The notes under the pieces were generated by a model that was given only the letters and a program-made list of their open reading frames with translations, did no database searches and was not told the DNA's origin. From IMG/VR virus record IMGVR_UViG_3300031087_000234, positions 1 to 64,000 of that record: DNA of 64,000 bases. The stretch is one strand, 5' to 3'. The DNA comes from an uncultured virus (IMG/VR IMGVR_UViG_3300031087_000234). Its lineage: Duplodnaviria > Heunggongvirae > Uroviricota > Caudoviricetes. A program made the position numbers and the translations under genes. Every line of letters begins with the position of its first letter. The stretch's first letter is position 1. This document shows, in pieces, positions 53,880 to 64,000 of this stretch.

Positions 53880-56800
53880 ATGTTCTTTGAATTTATGCAG
53901 TATGCGTTTGTATGGCACTCTTCACAGTTCTACGCTATGTTAGCTGTAGGTGTGATCTCTGGTCTAATCTTCTCTCGTAAACGTAAGAAGAAGTCTGGTA
54001 TGATCTTGCTAAACATTATCATCTGGGTTATGATTATCTACCCTCTAATGTGCAGCACCAACTATATGCGTTACCACGCTGGAGTTCAGGCTTGTAACAC
54101 TCACCAAGAGTATGTTATGATCCGTGGTATCTGCTACGCACCAACAGATGGATACGTACCGTACTATACCCAGCAAATCAACAAAGAAGTTGGCGATGCT
54201 GTTAAAGATACCTCTAAAAAGTAAGGAGAAAATATGCAAGCTACTGTGATTCTGGATCGTATGAACTTAGGTAATGAAGGTAAGGTGGTTGAGGTTGTTG
54301 CCGAAGTGCCTGCTCTCGCTACTATCTACTTCTTGGAGCCAGGCGGTCTGGTCAAGCAAACACGTACAATGCGACCAGTGTACTTGGTTAAAGGCGTTGA
54401 TCGTATGCAGAGAACCAACAAAGAAGGTACATTCACAGTACCTGTTACTTTCCGATACGAAGATCATTTTGGTAGTGATCTTATGTCTGCTGATGAAATC
54501 GAAATTAAGGAGTAATAAAATGGTAGAACTTCCAGAAGTAGGGTCTGTTTGGGAATCCAACACAGGAGAGGATAGCGTTACAGTCATCAAGATAGGCTTT
54601 GGTGGTGTAACTTATCGCTGGAATGGCGAAGATGGTGACGAACAGTTTGAAACCCGAGTAACATATGAGATGTTCCGGGATCGATTTACCCTTCGTGTGG
54701 CTGAGCCAGCGTTACCTGAGATCAACGAGGTTATGTATCGGGATCAACGCTCCCTTAACACCGAGGTTCGTCTATTTGCTATGGACTCTAAAGAATATGA
54801 CCAAGTACTACTGATCACAGAGAATATTGATTCTGGTAAGTCTACTAGTGCTCATCTTCTTAAGCTGGATGTGGACGATGCTTTAGACTTGGCCTCAGAC
54901 TTAACCCGTATGGCCCTGCAACTAAAACGTCGATTAAACTGATTGACACGGCACAAGGATGTGCTAAGATATGTGTACTGAAAACGAGGAGAGATATATG
55001 TTAGATTCAAGCGAACGCCGTAAGTATGTACCTGTGACAACTCCACGCTATACCGATGAACAGATTGGTATGTACAAGATCTATGAGATTGTGTTGTGCA
55101 GGGGCATCCAGGCAACGATCCGTGACATTTATGTGCGTATCTTTCGTTATATTGATGACGAAGGTGAGGAGCAGTTTGGCAAGTATCTCTCTTTTCGTAT
55201 GCACGAGAAAGAGTGGCAAGCCGTTGACGTAACTTTCGAGGAGATCGAAAAGCTGAACGGTGAGATCAACTTTGAATATGGAGGCAAGTATGCCAAACCA
55301 AAAGTTTAAAATTGGAGATTGGGTGATGGACACGTACTCAGGTAAATCTGGGCGTGTAACTGCGGTCAATCTATCTGAAACAGACGTTGATAATGAGCCT
55401 AACCCTACGTGGTATTACAGTGTAGATAAGTTTGGTTGGCTATTTGTTCCTGAAACCGATTTGGAGGCACTATGATTAAAGTAACAGAAGTAACTCACAA
55501 AGATATTGGTCGTGTAATCCGTATTATGAACCCCAGAGAGGGTGCTGATTCTATCCCAGGTACTGAGGACTTATTCCTTGTTGTGGGCGTAGATGACCTG
55601 GGACGCTTGCGGTTCAAGCACATCGAAGGCACATACCGTGGATGCGAAATAGAGTTTTTGGCTATCGATGAAGACTCTCATCATATTGTCTGGGAAGGTA
55701 GCCTGCTAAGCTACGCAGCAATCCTGCAACAACGCTTTGCAGATGCTTGCGCCTTTGCTCAAGTAGAGGATAGTATGGAGTTTGTTGATAAAACAGACGC
55801 TGACTGGTGTTTGCAAGGTAACGTTGACCTATTCTACATTGAAGATGGTGAGATTTACTCTTATGATCGTGCAAGTCTTGTAGATTCTGATGAAAATTAC
55901 CACAAATACTATGTTGACAATGGTTGTGGTGACGAATATTATGTTCTCTTCTCTGTGAAGAACAGAAAGGATACATTGGATGACGATTATTAAACCTGTA
56001 TCCTGCCGCCAGGCAGGATTTGATCTGAATCACAAGCCACTATGGATCGTACTGTTGGAAGATGGAACAGATCTTTCTTGGGTGGAGGGTGATAATTTCG
56101 TGATGCAAGCTAAAACTGAAACTGTCTTTGGAAGAAAAAGACACTTTCGTGAAAAAACCTCTTGCTCTAAGTACCTTACTCTCGTAAAGTATGCAGTAAG
56201 AAAACACAATCAACCTAAATGTTAAGGAGATTATTATGAATATCGAACTGTCTGCACTCTTGGCTACTACTCTTAGTACCACACTTATTCGTTTCACTGA
56301 CACAGGCAGTAAGCCTAGTCTTCGTAACGTCACTGTACACAGTGAATATAAGGTGGAACGCTTCCTTGTACCAGGTATGAATACCTCTATCACTGGAGTA
56401 ATAGTAGATTCCTATGGCGTAGAATTCTACAATGACAAACAGGAAATTGTTTGTATCGATCTCACTGATGGCAAATCTACTTGGATTATGCGTAATGTTG
56501 ATACTGGTGAGATTATTACCTCAGAAGACGGTAAGGCCCAAGTCGAAAGTGAAGATGCTGTCTCAGCTATGATGAAAGTCGTAGGTGAGATTGTGGCTGC
56601 ATCCGGTGACGTTGAGATCCAACAACTTCACGATGAAACTGTTCTTGCCGTAAAAGGTATGACAATGGCTCAGGCTCAGGCACATTTTGCAAGTAAACTG
56701 CTGGAGATTCTCTTGAGCGCGGATTCGGATGAGATCAAACCAGGCGATACCGTGAAATGTGTTCGTTCTGAGCATTTGGGTGATCTTTTCTACGAAGTAG

Positions 56801-56925
56801 GTAGCGTTTATACCGTAGCCCGTGTTGACGTTGAGGGTAACTTTACCTTAGAAGGAACTATTACCGAAGAGCAAAACCGCTTCATTCCTTTAGAGGGCAA
56901 TGTTTGGGCTTTTGAGAAGGTATAA
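53880..56925 (+). other. Array of hypothetical genes (53880-54224 membrane, 54234-54515, 54520-54942, 54998-55309, 55290-55475, 55472-55993, 55980-56225, 56236-56925)
   Basis: AAGGAG RBSs, tight packing. Confidence 0.7.
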
Positions 56926-56927
56926 CT

Positions 56928-57269
56928 GTGCAAGTATTGAATTACTACAAGTGTGGTAAGGCGATACCAGAAAATGCGGTATATATCGCAAGAGGACAGC
57001 CCCACTTGGGGCTTCCTCACTCCAAGTTTGCAAATCCCTTTAAGATCACAGATACTGATACAAGAGAGATTGTTGTTGAGAAGTATAAAAAGTGGTTGTG
57101 GGAACAGATAAGGTCTGGTAAGATTACCTTAGAAGACTTACTTGAGTTGGAAAATAAAGACGTTGTTTGCTTTTGTGCTCCCGCCCCTTGTCACGGAGAC
57201 GTTGTTGTGGCAGCGGTTAAATGGGCAAGACAGAAGTATGATAGCATTCACGGTCATTGGGATTGGTAA
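56928..57269 (+). CDS. DUF4326-like protein
   Basis: VYIxR, SKFANPF, CFCAPAPCHGDV. Confidence 0.75.
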   Translation: MQVLNYYKCGKAIPENAVYIARGQPHLGLPHSKFANPFKITDTDTREIVVEKYKKWLWEQIRSGKITLEDLLELENKDVVCFCAPAPCHGDVVVAAVKWARQKYDSIHGHWDW

Positions 57270-57278
57270 GGAGAAAAT

Positions 57279-57638
57279 ATGAGTGAAGTAACGATTTTTG
57301 ATAGCCTGATTGGTACAGTTTTAACCAAGGCTTATGTTTCAGATACAGATGAAAATGAAGCCCTCCTATTAGAGCGCGAGATCGGCGGTACAGTTCGTTT
57401 TATGCACCATCAGTCTTGTTGCGAAAGTGTGTATATTGAGGATATTGAAGGAGATCTTGAAGATCTGGTTGGCTCTCCTATCCTTCAAGCTGAGGAAGTT
57501 ACCGAGGACAATGAAGAAGCTGAATGCGGTATGTGGACTTTCTACAAGTTTGCAACTGCTAAAGGTCGTGTGACTATTCGTTTCTACGGCTCCAGTAATG
57601 GATACTACTCAGTCGGTGTATCGGTAGGTATCATCTGA
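57279..57638 (+). CDS. Conserved hypothetical phage protein
   Basis: HxQSCCESV, WTFYK, SNGYYS; AAGGAG RBS. Confidence 0.75.
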   Translation: MSEVTIFDSLIGTVLTKAYVSDTDENEALLLEREIGGTVRFMHHQSCCESVYIEDIEGDLEDLVGSPILQAEEVTEDNEEAECGMWTFYKFATAKGRVTIRFYGSSNGYYSVGVSVGII

Positions 57639-57776
57639 TGACTAAACAAGAATTGGTATTAGCTAAGGCTTATATTAAGATTCTGAACAAGTCTAAGGCC
57701 GCAAATGACAACGAGGGTGGCGATTATCAACGCGCCGCTACTCGTCGCTGGTGTTAATTTAGAGTAAGGGGAAAGT

Positions 57777-58103
57777 ATGAAATATTTATCTGAATCAGTT
57801 TTATCTAAAATGGATGTTAAACGCCTTGGCGCATTACGTCGATCTGTTCTTGCACATATTAACCGTTGCGAGAAAGATGGTGTGTGGTGTTGTGAGAACA
57901 AGTGCCAGTGGGTAGAGGATAAATACCATACTTATCCCAACAAGAACGCTGATTATGCGTATCGGGATCTGGTCAACAAGTATTATGATGCTCAAGTTGA
58001 TTCTCTGGTTGCTCTTGTAGAACTGTCTAAGGAAGATATCCGGCAAGGTCGTAGTATGCCTGCCTCTGAAGCCTTAGCACGTATGAGGGCTAGACGAGGC
58101 TAA
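57777..58103 (+). CDS. Hypothetical protein
   Basis: 108 aa ORF with RBS. Confidence 0.65.
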   Translation: MKYLSESVLSKMDVKRLGALRRSVLAHINRCEKDGVWCCENKCQWVEDKYHTYPNKNADYAYRDLVNKYYDAQVDSLVALVELSKEDIRQGRSMPASEALARMRARRG

Positions 58104-58130
58104 GCATTTTCTTAATACGATAATCAGCCA

Positions 58131-58159
58131 TTGACTAAATCCTATGATTGGGGTATAAT
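58131..58159 (+). promoter_or_regulatory. Near-consensus sigma70 promoter
   Basis: TTGACT-17-TATAAT. Confidence 0.8.
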
Positions 58160-58208
58160 GAAGGAATACCCCTTTAATGGGATCTTACCTTATATAAGGA
58201 ATATCTTA

Positions 58209-60023
58209 ATGGTAATTTTCGGACAACCCTATGGTAGTGGTGGAGGCGGCACTGTAACCCCGCCAGACGTTAGCGATCAAATTGCTGCGTACATTGCTGC
58301 ACATCCTTTTTATCGTACATTCAAGTCTTGGGCAGAACTTAAAGCTGCTAAACCAACGGCTACGGGTGAACGAGTCTTTCTTTCTTCTTATAATGCAGTA
58401 TCTGACGGTAGTTTCCACGGTAGCGGTTGGTTTACTGGTAACTTAGCTGGTAAGATTGCAGATGATGGTGGTGTTCACGCTGCCGATAGCGGTAAAACTT
58501 ATTTCTGGCTACGTGAGAAAGAATATGACAAATTAGACGTTACCGACTTCGGTGCTATGCCGGGTGGAACTGTTGATGCTCAACCTGCTATCCAGCGAAT
58601 GAATACCTTTGCAAATACATACCTGTCTACCCTCGGAATCCGTTTCCCTGCTGGTAGCTTCCTTGTATCTGGATGGGATTACTCTGCGACATATGTATCT
58701 AAGTTCAAAATGGCTGGCCCAGATGTAGAACTAGGTTATATGGCACTAACAACTCTGATCCTTGATGGTAGCGCAGACTACGCATTTAAAGTTCAGGCTC
58801 GTTACACAGAGATTACTGGTATCTTGGTATATGGACAGTACGATAAGAAAGTCAACACAATGGGCTTCTTCCGTAACATCTGTTCTGCTGGTCAGTACGC
58901 TCGTATCAAGTGTGTTCGCTTCTCCTATATGGGTGGTAAGAGCCTTAGCTTGATCGATACACTAGACACGAAGATTGATCAGTTCTACAGTAGCAATACG
59001 TATGATAGCGTCCTGGACGTGACTTACGACAATGCCACAGTAGGAAGCTGGGATCACTCGACGGCACTAGAACTGAGCAACTTCAACCTGCAACACGGTT
59101 TTGGTACAAACGCTTCGATCTATGCGCCTCGTGCTACTCAGTGTTTCATCTACAACGGATGGATCGAGCACACCGAACACGCCGGAGACCTTTCTAACGG
59201 ACAGTGGTTGATTGACGGACTCGACCTTGAGAACATTGATACTCCATTTGACCTGACTTACTGCCGTGCATCAATGCGTGGTATCAACCTAATCAACGCC
59301 AGTTTCAACAGAACTAACACAACTGTTAGTCAGTGGGCTTCTGGATATGACCAAGGAAACCGTCAGGACGAGGCTTTTGGTAGCGTTATCAACGGTACAA
59401 TGAAAGCTAAATGGTATACTGGTGCTCTACGTGGAACTAACAATGCCAATGCAAACATTTGGTTGAACCTTGGTAGCTTCTATACACCGAACAACGGTGG
59501 TATCTGGGAGATTGAAATCATCTCTCGTCTGAGCTACAACTCAGTAGGTAGCGCAAACTATCCAGTACAATCAGACAGATCTCCTGGTAAGACTATTATC
59601 AACATCCAACGTGGTGCGGGTAACATTCCTATCGTGACTATGTATCACTTCGGTGCTACAGGTGTTACTGCGGCTCAATACGCAAACCAGCAGTATAACG
59701 AAACACTACCTGCTCTCTGGGTACAGTTTGGGCCTTATACTGGTGAATACGTCATTAACGTTAAGAGCACGTCTCCTACACGTTTTGATCAAGGTCAGTG
59801 TGCGCTGTTCACTGTAAGTGGTGCTACACAGTCTGCTTCTCCTGGTTTAAACGCTGTCGTTCCGCGTATGTCTTTACATAACGGTAGCGCTGGTGTAGGT
59901 GCTCAGGGCAACTTACTGGCGGTTAGTACTGCAACAGGTACACCAACAACCCCAGGCACAGCTTCAACACATATGCAGGTAGTTGTGAACGGTACTCCGT
60001 ACTTTGTTCCTCTGTTCCTGTAA
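58209..60023 (+). CDS. AmsF/WceF-like tailspike-fold exopolysaccharide-modifying enzyme/depolymerase
   Basis: DFGA...DAQPAIQ...FPAG beta-helix start; LSLIDTLDTKIDQ, WDHSTALELSNFN, NGWIEH, GDLSNGQW, SLHNGxAGVGA match Erwinia AmsF/Pantoea WceF as recalled; TAAGGA RBS before ATG 58209. Confidence 0.8.
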   Translation: MVIFGQPYGSGGGGTVTPPDVSDQIAAYIAAHPFYRTFKSWAELKAAKPTATGERVFLSSYNAVSDGSFHGSGWFTGNLAGKIADDGGVHAADSGKTYFWLREKEYDKLDVTDFGAMPGGTVDAQPAIQRMNTFANTYLSTLGIRFPAGSFLVSGWDYSATYVSKFKMAGPDVELGYMALTTLILDGSADYAFKVQARYTEITGILVYGQYDKKVNTMGFFRNICSAGQYARIKCVRFSYMGGKSLSLIDTLDTKIDQFYSSNTYDSVLDVTYDNATVGSWDHSTALELSNFNLQHGFGTNASIYAPRATQCFIYNGWIEHTEHAGDLSNGQWLIDGLDLENIDTPFDLTYCRASMRGINLINASFNRTNTTVSQWASGYDQGNRQDEAFGSVINGTMKAKWYTGALRGTNNANANIWLNLGSFYTPNNGGIWEIEIISRLSYNSVGSANYPVQSDRSPGKTIINIQRGAGNIPIVTMYHFGATGVTAAQYANQQYNETLPALWVQFGPYTGEYVINVKSTSPTRFDQGQCALFTVSGATQSASPGLNAVVPRMSLHNGSAGVGAQGNLLAVSTATGTPTTPGTASTHMQVVVNGTPYFVPLFL

Positions 60024-60030
60024 TTGATAT

Positions 60031-60062
60031 AATCCCCTTCTCTTCGGAGTTGGGGATTTTTT
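60031..60062 (+). terminator. Intrinsic terminator
   Basis: AATCCCC...GGGGATT-TTTT. Confidence 0.8.
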
Positions 60063-60118
60063 ATTGACACAGCTTCCAAGCTAGTATAGTATGACCACAA
60101 ATATTGACAGGAGGAAAA

Positions 60119-61132
60119 ATGAAAACAATCGCTAAGGTTTTATTCGGAAGTAAACTTTATGGCACAGATACACCAGAATCAGATACGGATTATAAAGAGA
60201 TCTTTGTTCCAGACGCAGAGAGCATCCTGCTAGGAACAGTAAAGAATCATATGAGTTACAACACAAGTAGCGACGATGTGAAAAATACGGCTGAGGACGT
60301 GGATTACGAAAGTTTCAGTCTGCGTTACTTCATTAACTTAGGCATCGAAGGCGAAACCTTAGCTCTTGATATGATCCACGCACCAGCTAACCGAGTGGTA
60401 CACTCAGATCTTCCGGCAGTATGGGCAGAACTCCAAGCTAACCGTTCGCACTTCTATTCTACGGATATGAAATCCTACCTAGGTTATGTGCGTAAGCAAG
60501 CTGGTAAGTATGGCGTTAAAGGTAGTCGTATGGCTTGTCTTCGTCAGGTTATGGAGGCATTAGCAGCAGCGCCTTCTCATTCACCAGACCCTAAACACGA
60601 GGGTAAGCGCCTGCGTAAAACCCGTGTTGGTGATATTGCACATACACTACCTCTGAACGAATTCTGTGAGTGGACTGTTGATGAAAACCAACGTTCAGGC
60701 TTCCAGGATTTCTATGTTGTCTTGGCACGTAAGTTCCAGACCAGTGTATCTGTGGAAGAAATGCAGAACTCTTTACAGAAGACGTGGGACGACTACGGAC
60801 ACAGGGCGCGTCAGGCAGAACTGAATGAAGGTATCGACTTCAAAGCACTCAGTCACGCTCTGCGCGGTGGTTTGCAGTTGAAAGAGATTTACTCGACGGG
60901 TGATCTGGTGTATCCTCTTAAGGATCGAGAGTACCTGATCAAAGTTAAAGCCGGAGAGATCCCCTTCAAAGAGATTCAGGTTGCTCTTGAGGATATTGTT
61001 AGTGAAGTAGAAAAGCTATCAGTGCAAGCCAAAAAGAATGGTATGCAGGAAAAGGCTGATCCTACTTTCTGGGACAAGTTCATCCGTGAAGTGTATTTGG
61101 ACGAGATTCTCAGTGTGTACGGCCCAAAATAA
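60119..61132 (+). CDS. Nucleotidyltransferase (T4 NrdC.11/RlaP-like)
   Basis: FGSKLYGTDTPESDTDY, KALSHALR; promoter TTGACA-17-TAGTAT at 60064-60092. Confidence 0.8.
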   Translation: MKTIAKVLFGSKLYGTDTPESDTDYKEIFVPDAESILLGTVKNHMSYNTSSDDVKNTAEDVDYESFSLRYFINLGIEGETLALDMIHAPANRVVHSDLPAVWAELQANRSHFYSTDMKSYLGYVRKQAGKYGVKGSRMACLRQVMEALAAAPSHSPDPKHEGKRLRKTRVGDIAHTLPLNEFCEWTVDENQRSGFQDFYVVLARKFQTSVSVEEMQNSLQKTWDDYGHRARQAELNEGIDFKALSHALRGGLQLKEIYSTGDLVYPLKDREYLIKVKAGEIPFKEIQVALEDIVSEVEKLSVQAKKNGMQEKADPTFWDKFIREVYLDEILSVYGPK

Positions 61133-61205
61133 AGGTTGCATCTGGTAATCATACTATGATAACATCAGCTTTCTGGTGTTATCTTTTTAGAGTAATGGAG
61201 GAACA

Positions 61206-62783
61206 ATGGAATTTACACCTACGGCACAACAAGTAGCTTGCTTGGAGTCCTTTAAGTTAAACCGATTCACAACAATTCAAGCCCGCGCCGGTACAGGTAA
61301 GACTTCTACGCTTAAACTGCTGGCTAGTACTACTTCGGATAGCATTCTGTATTTGGCTTTTAATAAAACAATGGCAGAAGAAGCTAAGAAGAAAATGCCG
61401 TATAACGTCCAGTGTCGTACACTCCACTCTGTGTGCTACCAAGAACTTCCAGCGTCTATGCGTCATAAACTTACTCGTCCAGAGGGCAAGTATGTTAACG
61501 TTGCAGGTACAGGCAGCGAGATTGCTAAGTACTTCAAGATCAAACCTTGGGCTGATAAACGTGGCAAAGTATTAATCACAGAAGCTATGCTTGGACTGCT
61601 GGTAAAACAGACCCTGGCTAAGTATGAGTTCTCTGATGCAGAACATATCACCCGAGATCATTTCCCTGGCACATTAGTTGAAGATTTTAAGAAGAAGGGT
61701 GTAAACATCCCTCAACTGGTCACAGACACAATCCGTTATGCTAAACAGCTATGGCGTGAGCGTACTGATACTAAGTCTCCGGTTATGATGACTCACGATA
61801 CATACGTGAAACTCTATCAGCTTTCTGGTAAAGACCTGGGTTACGACATTATCTTTGGTGATGAGTTCCAGGATGTTAACTCAGCCTTCTTGTCCATTCT
61901 GAAAAATGCCGTAAGTGCTAAACGTATCGTGGTAGTTGGTGACGAATACCAGAGTATCTATCAGTTCCGAGGAAGCGTGAATATGATGACGGAGACTGCT
62001 ACAATGGGCGCTGAGCTTCACTTATCTGCCTCCTTCCGCTTCGGGCCTAAGGTAGGTAAACTAGCAGAGGACGTATTAAAAGTTACTGCACAGGGTGACG
62101 TAGAAGTCGAAGGTCGTGGTTTTGATACCGAAGTAGGTAGTGGACATAGCTCTTTTGTGGATACAAATAAGCCATACACTATTATCTTCCGCAAGAATAT
62201 GACAATGCTCTTAGCAGCGATGGATTTGATTGCAGATGGTATTGAAATTAATATGCACGTTGATACCCGAGACTTTGTTTCTATGGTAGATAGTGTAAAT
62301 GCCCTTCGCCGTGGTGAAACAAACAAGGTTAAGCACGAAAGCATCCTACCATATGCAAGCTGGGAAGAATTTGTTGAGGGTGCAGAGTCAGACCCTGACG
62401 CTAAGCGGCTGCTAAACATCATCGTTTCCGGTAAAGCAGGTATGATTGCACAGACTTTGCGTAACTATCGTCCGTCCAAGAATGCTAAAGTGACCCTGGT
62501 AACAGGTCATAAGTGCAAAGGACTGGAGTTTGACCAAGTTATTCTCGGCGCAGACTTCCCTTCTAACTACAACAAAGAAGGTCAGTGGGTAGGTTTAGAA
62601 GACGCAGAGCGTAATTTACTGTATGTAGCTGTTACTCGTGCCATTAAAGTGCTACAGTGGAACGAAACAGTCCAAGAAATCCTCGATATGCAACGCGAAG
62701 TGATGCGTGAGGATACAAACGCAGAGTTTAACCACTTGATCAAGAATCAAGTTAACTCATTAATGAATGATGTGGAGGTATAA
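61206..62783 (+). CDS. UvrD/Rep-like superfamily 1 helicase
   Basis: ARAGTGKT, DEFQD, GDEYQSIYQFRG, SFRFG, HKCKGLEFD, LYVAVTRA. Confidence 0.92.
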   Translation: MEFTPTAQQVACLESFKLNRFTTIQARAGTGKTSTLKLLASTTSDSILYLAFNKTMAEEAKKKMPYNVQCRTLHSVCYQELPASMRHKLTRPEGKYVNVAGTGSEIAKYFKIKPWADKRGKVLITEAMLGLLVKQTLAKYEFSDAEHITRDHFPGTLVEDFKKKGVNIPQLVTDTIRYAKQLWRERTDTKSPVMMTHDTYVKLYQLSGKDLGYDIIFGDEFQDVNSAFLSILKNAVSAKRIVVVGDEYQSIYQFRGSVNMMTETATMGAELHLSASFRFGPKVGKLAEDVLKVTAQGDVEVEGRGFDTEVGSGHSSFVDTNKPYTIIFRKNMTMLLAAMDLIADGIEINMHVDTRDFVSMVDSVNALRRGETNKVKHESILPYASWEEFVEGAESDPDAKRLLNIIVSGKAGMIAQTLRNYRPSKNAKVTLVTGHKCKGLEFDQVILGADFPSNYNKEGQWVGLEDAERNLLYVAVTRAIKVLQWNETVQEILDMQREVMREDTNAEFNHLIKNQVNSLMNDVEV

Positions 62784-63041
62784 TTGTACATTTCAACAGG
62801 TAAATATGAAGTCCGAGAGATTTATCTTCCTGCTGTAGCCTTTCAATTGCTTGTAAAGGCAGCAAGTGAGAACATTCAATGGACTGCATCACAGACGCAG
62901 GAACCTGAACCCGAACATTTGAAGGGTAAACGCACCCTTACCCTGTATGGTGTAAGGTATATTGAGGAGGTGGTGGCACCTTCTATGTTCGATAAATATA
63001 CTGGCAGACCTAATATGGTTTATCCAGTAGGAGCACGATAA
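62784..63041 (+). CDS. Hypothetical protein
   Basis: GGAGG RBS, TTG start. Confidence 0.6.
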   Translation: MYISTGKYEVREIYLPAVAFQLLVKAASENIQWTASQTQEPEPEHLKGKRTLTLYGVRYIEEVVAPSMFDKYTGRPNMVYPVGAR

Positions 63042-63252
63042 TGGATAAGAGCGCACTTATTGCTTGGGCAGAGAAAGAACTTCACGATCCCCACACCCAA
63101 GAAGCTATTCAGAAAGCTGTTAACTGGTTATCTGAGAAAGGCTTCACTTGGGCAGAACACGAGGTTGAAAAGATCCTCGCTTCATTGAAAAAGAAAGATT
63201 GACGTTATCTAAGGAGTGTCGTAAGATGCTCCTAACTTAACGAGGAGGGACT

Positions 63253-63705
63253 ATGAGCTATATTGGAAAATGCTATACGGTTTTAAACGACGATGAAGAA
63301 ACTATTGCACAATGGCCTGAGATTAAGACAGGCTTTGCGTTTCAGATCCTAAAGGTAGAAAATCGTGATGGCCTATATCCAGGCGTGACTCGCCTCCGCT
63401 GCCTGTCAACGGATAAGATTTTTGACGTTGAATATCCTCTTCACGATGGCGGCGAATCTTGGTTCTGGTGTCTCGTTGCATTAGATGAAGCAGGAGAACT
63501 ATCGCTTAAGCCCCTGAAAGAGCGACCATTAAAAGAGGAACCTCTGGGGAAAGTCCATATGGGACACTTCCAAGGGCGGGAAGTAGATATTGCTTATGCA
63601 TTGTCTGCATTAGCCGCTCAGGAAGGCTGTGACGGGGAAGAATATGACCTGATGGAAAAAGCATCCCGCTATATTCGTTATCTGGAAACACAAATTAACG
63701 CTTGA
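63253..63705 (+). CDS. Hypothetical protein
   Basis: GAGGAGG RBS; promoter TTGACG-17-TAAGAT at 63199-63227. Confidence 0.75.
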   Translation: MSYIGKCYTVLNDDEETIAQWPEIKTGFAFQILKVENRDGLYPGVTRLRCLSTDKIFDVEYPLHDGGESWFWCLVALDEAGELSLKPLKERPLKEEPLGKVHMGHFQGREVDIAYALSALAAQEGCDGEEYDLMEKASRYIRYLETQINA

Positions 63706-63754
63706 CTTGTTAAACCATAACAGGCAAGATTAACAAAAATAAAGAGGAGATCAT

Positions 63755-64000
63755 ATGAAAGACACAGTAAGCATTATCAAAGCAGATCGTATTTGTGCGC
63801 GTTTTGACAAAGACCACGCACGTTTCGCAACACTGACAAACCTGTTAGGTGCATTTGACCTGGCTAAGTCCAATAAAGCAAACCTGGCTAAGACGGATAA
63901 CGATATTCTTCTGCCCGTCCTCAAGGCTGCTCTAAGCGATGCTAAGGGTGCAGCAGAAACCTACCGTAAACTTGATGACGCTAAGCGCCGAGAGGCATCA
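63755..64000 (+). CDS. Partial CDS running off the window, possibly YqeY-like
   Basis: GAGGAG RBS; IKAD...AR..KD....L..LLG helical pattern. Confidence 0.5.
   Translation, partial: MKDTVSIIKADRICARFDKDHARFATLTNLLGAFDLAKSNKANLAKTDNDILLPVLKAALSDAKGAAETYRKLDDAKRREAS

Noticed and set aside
54274..54519. Long overlap or frameshift between 54234-54515 and 54274-54942
   Set aside because: A strong AAGGAG RBS with ATG at 54520 explains the second gene without any overlap.
58131..58208. TTG start of the 630 aa ORF
   Set aside because: That TTG is the -35 box of the promoter; the RBS supports ATG 58209.
1344..63691. Numerous short antisense or alternate-frame ORFs in the track
   Set aside because: They are shadows of well-supported genes and lack RBSs.

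Overview
This window is 64 kb of a large lytic dsDNA phage genome. Gene content (nrdB, a complete rmlBACD operon, glutaredoxin, T4-type lysozyme, PhoH, HslV-like peptidase, Sir2, UvrD-like helicase) resembles phi92/phAPEC8/rV5-type myoviruses. An AmsF/WceF homologue points to an Erwinia/Pantoea-type host (inference). No capsid, tail or terminase genes are present. Layout: (1) a rightward metabolic arm, 1-14.1 kb; (2) a palindromic convergence point at 14.15-14.30 kb; (3) a leftward array of small genes, 14.3-27.8 kb; (4) a 1.5 kb non-coding repeat-rich block; (5) a promoter-dense early/host-takeover island at 29.3-41.4 kb, with an Ocr homologue, an acidic protein, a kinase-like gene and a T7 gp1.1-like gene; (6) a second non-coding repeat block at 41.4-42.1 kb; (7) a leftward array to 53.3 kb; (8) a divergence point with unusual G-A-rich hairpins; (9) a rightward arm to the end. 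The most notable observations are a promoter-driven structured ~82 nt RNA candidate, a family of sigma70 promoters with hairpins in their spacers, the 53.7 kb structured element, apparent complete CATG avoidance, and a probable long terminal repeat. All family assignments come from motif recognition by eye; no searches were run.
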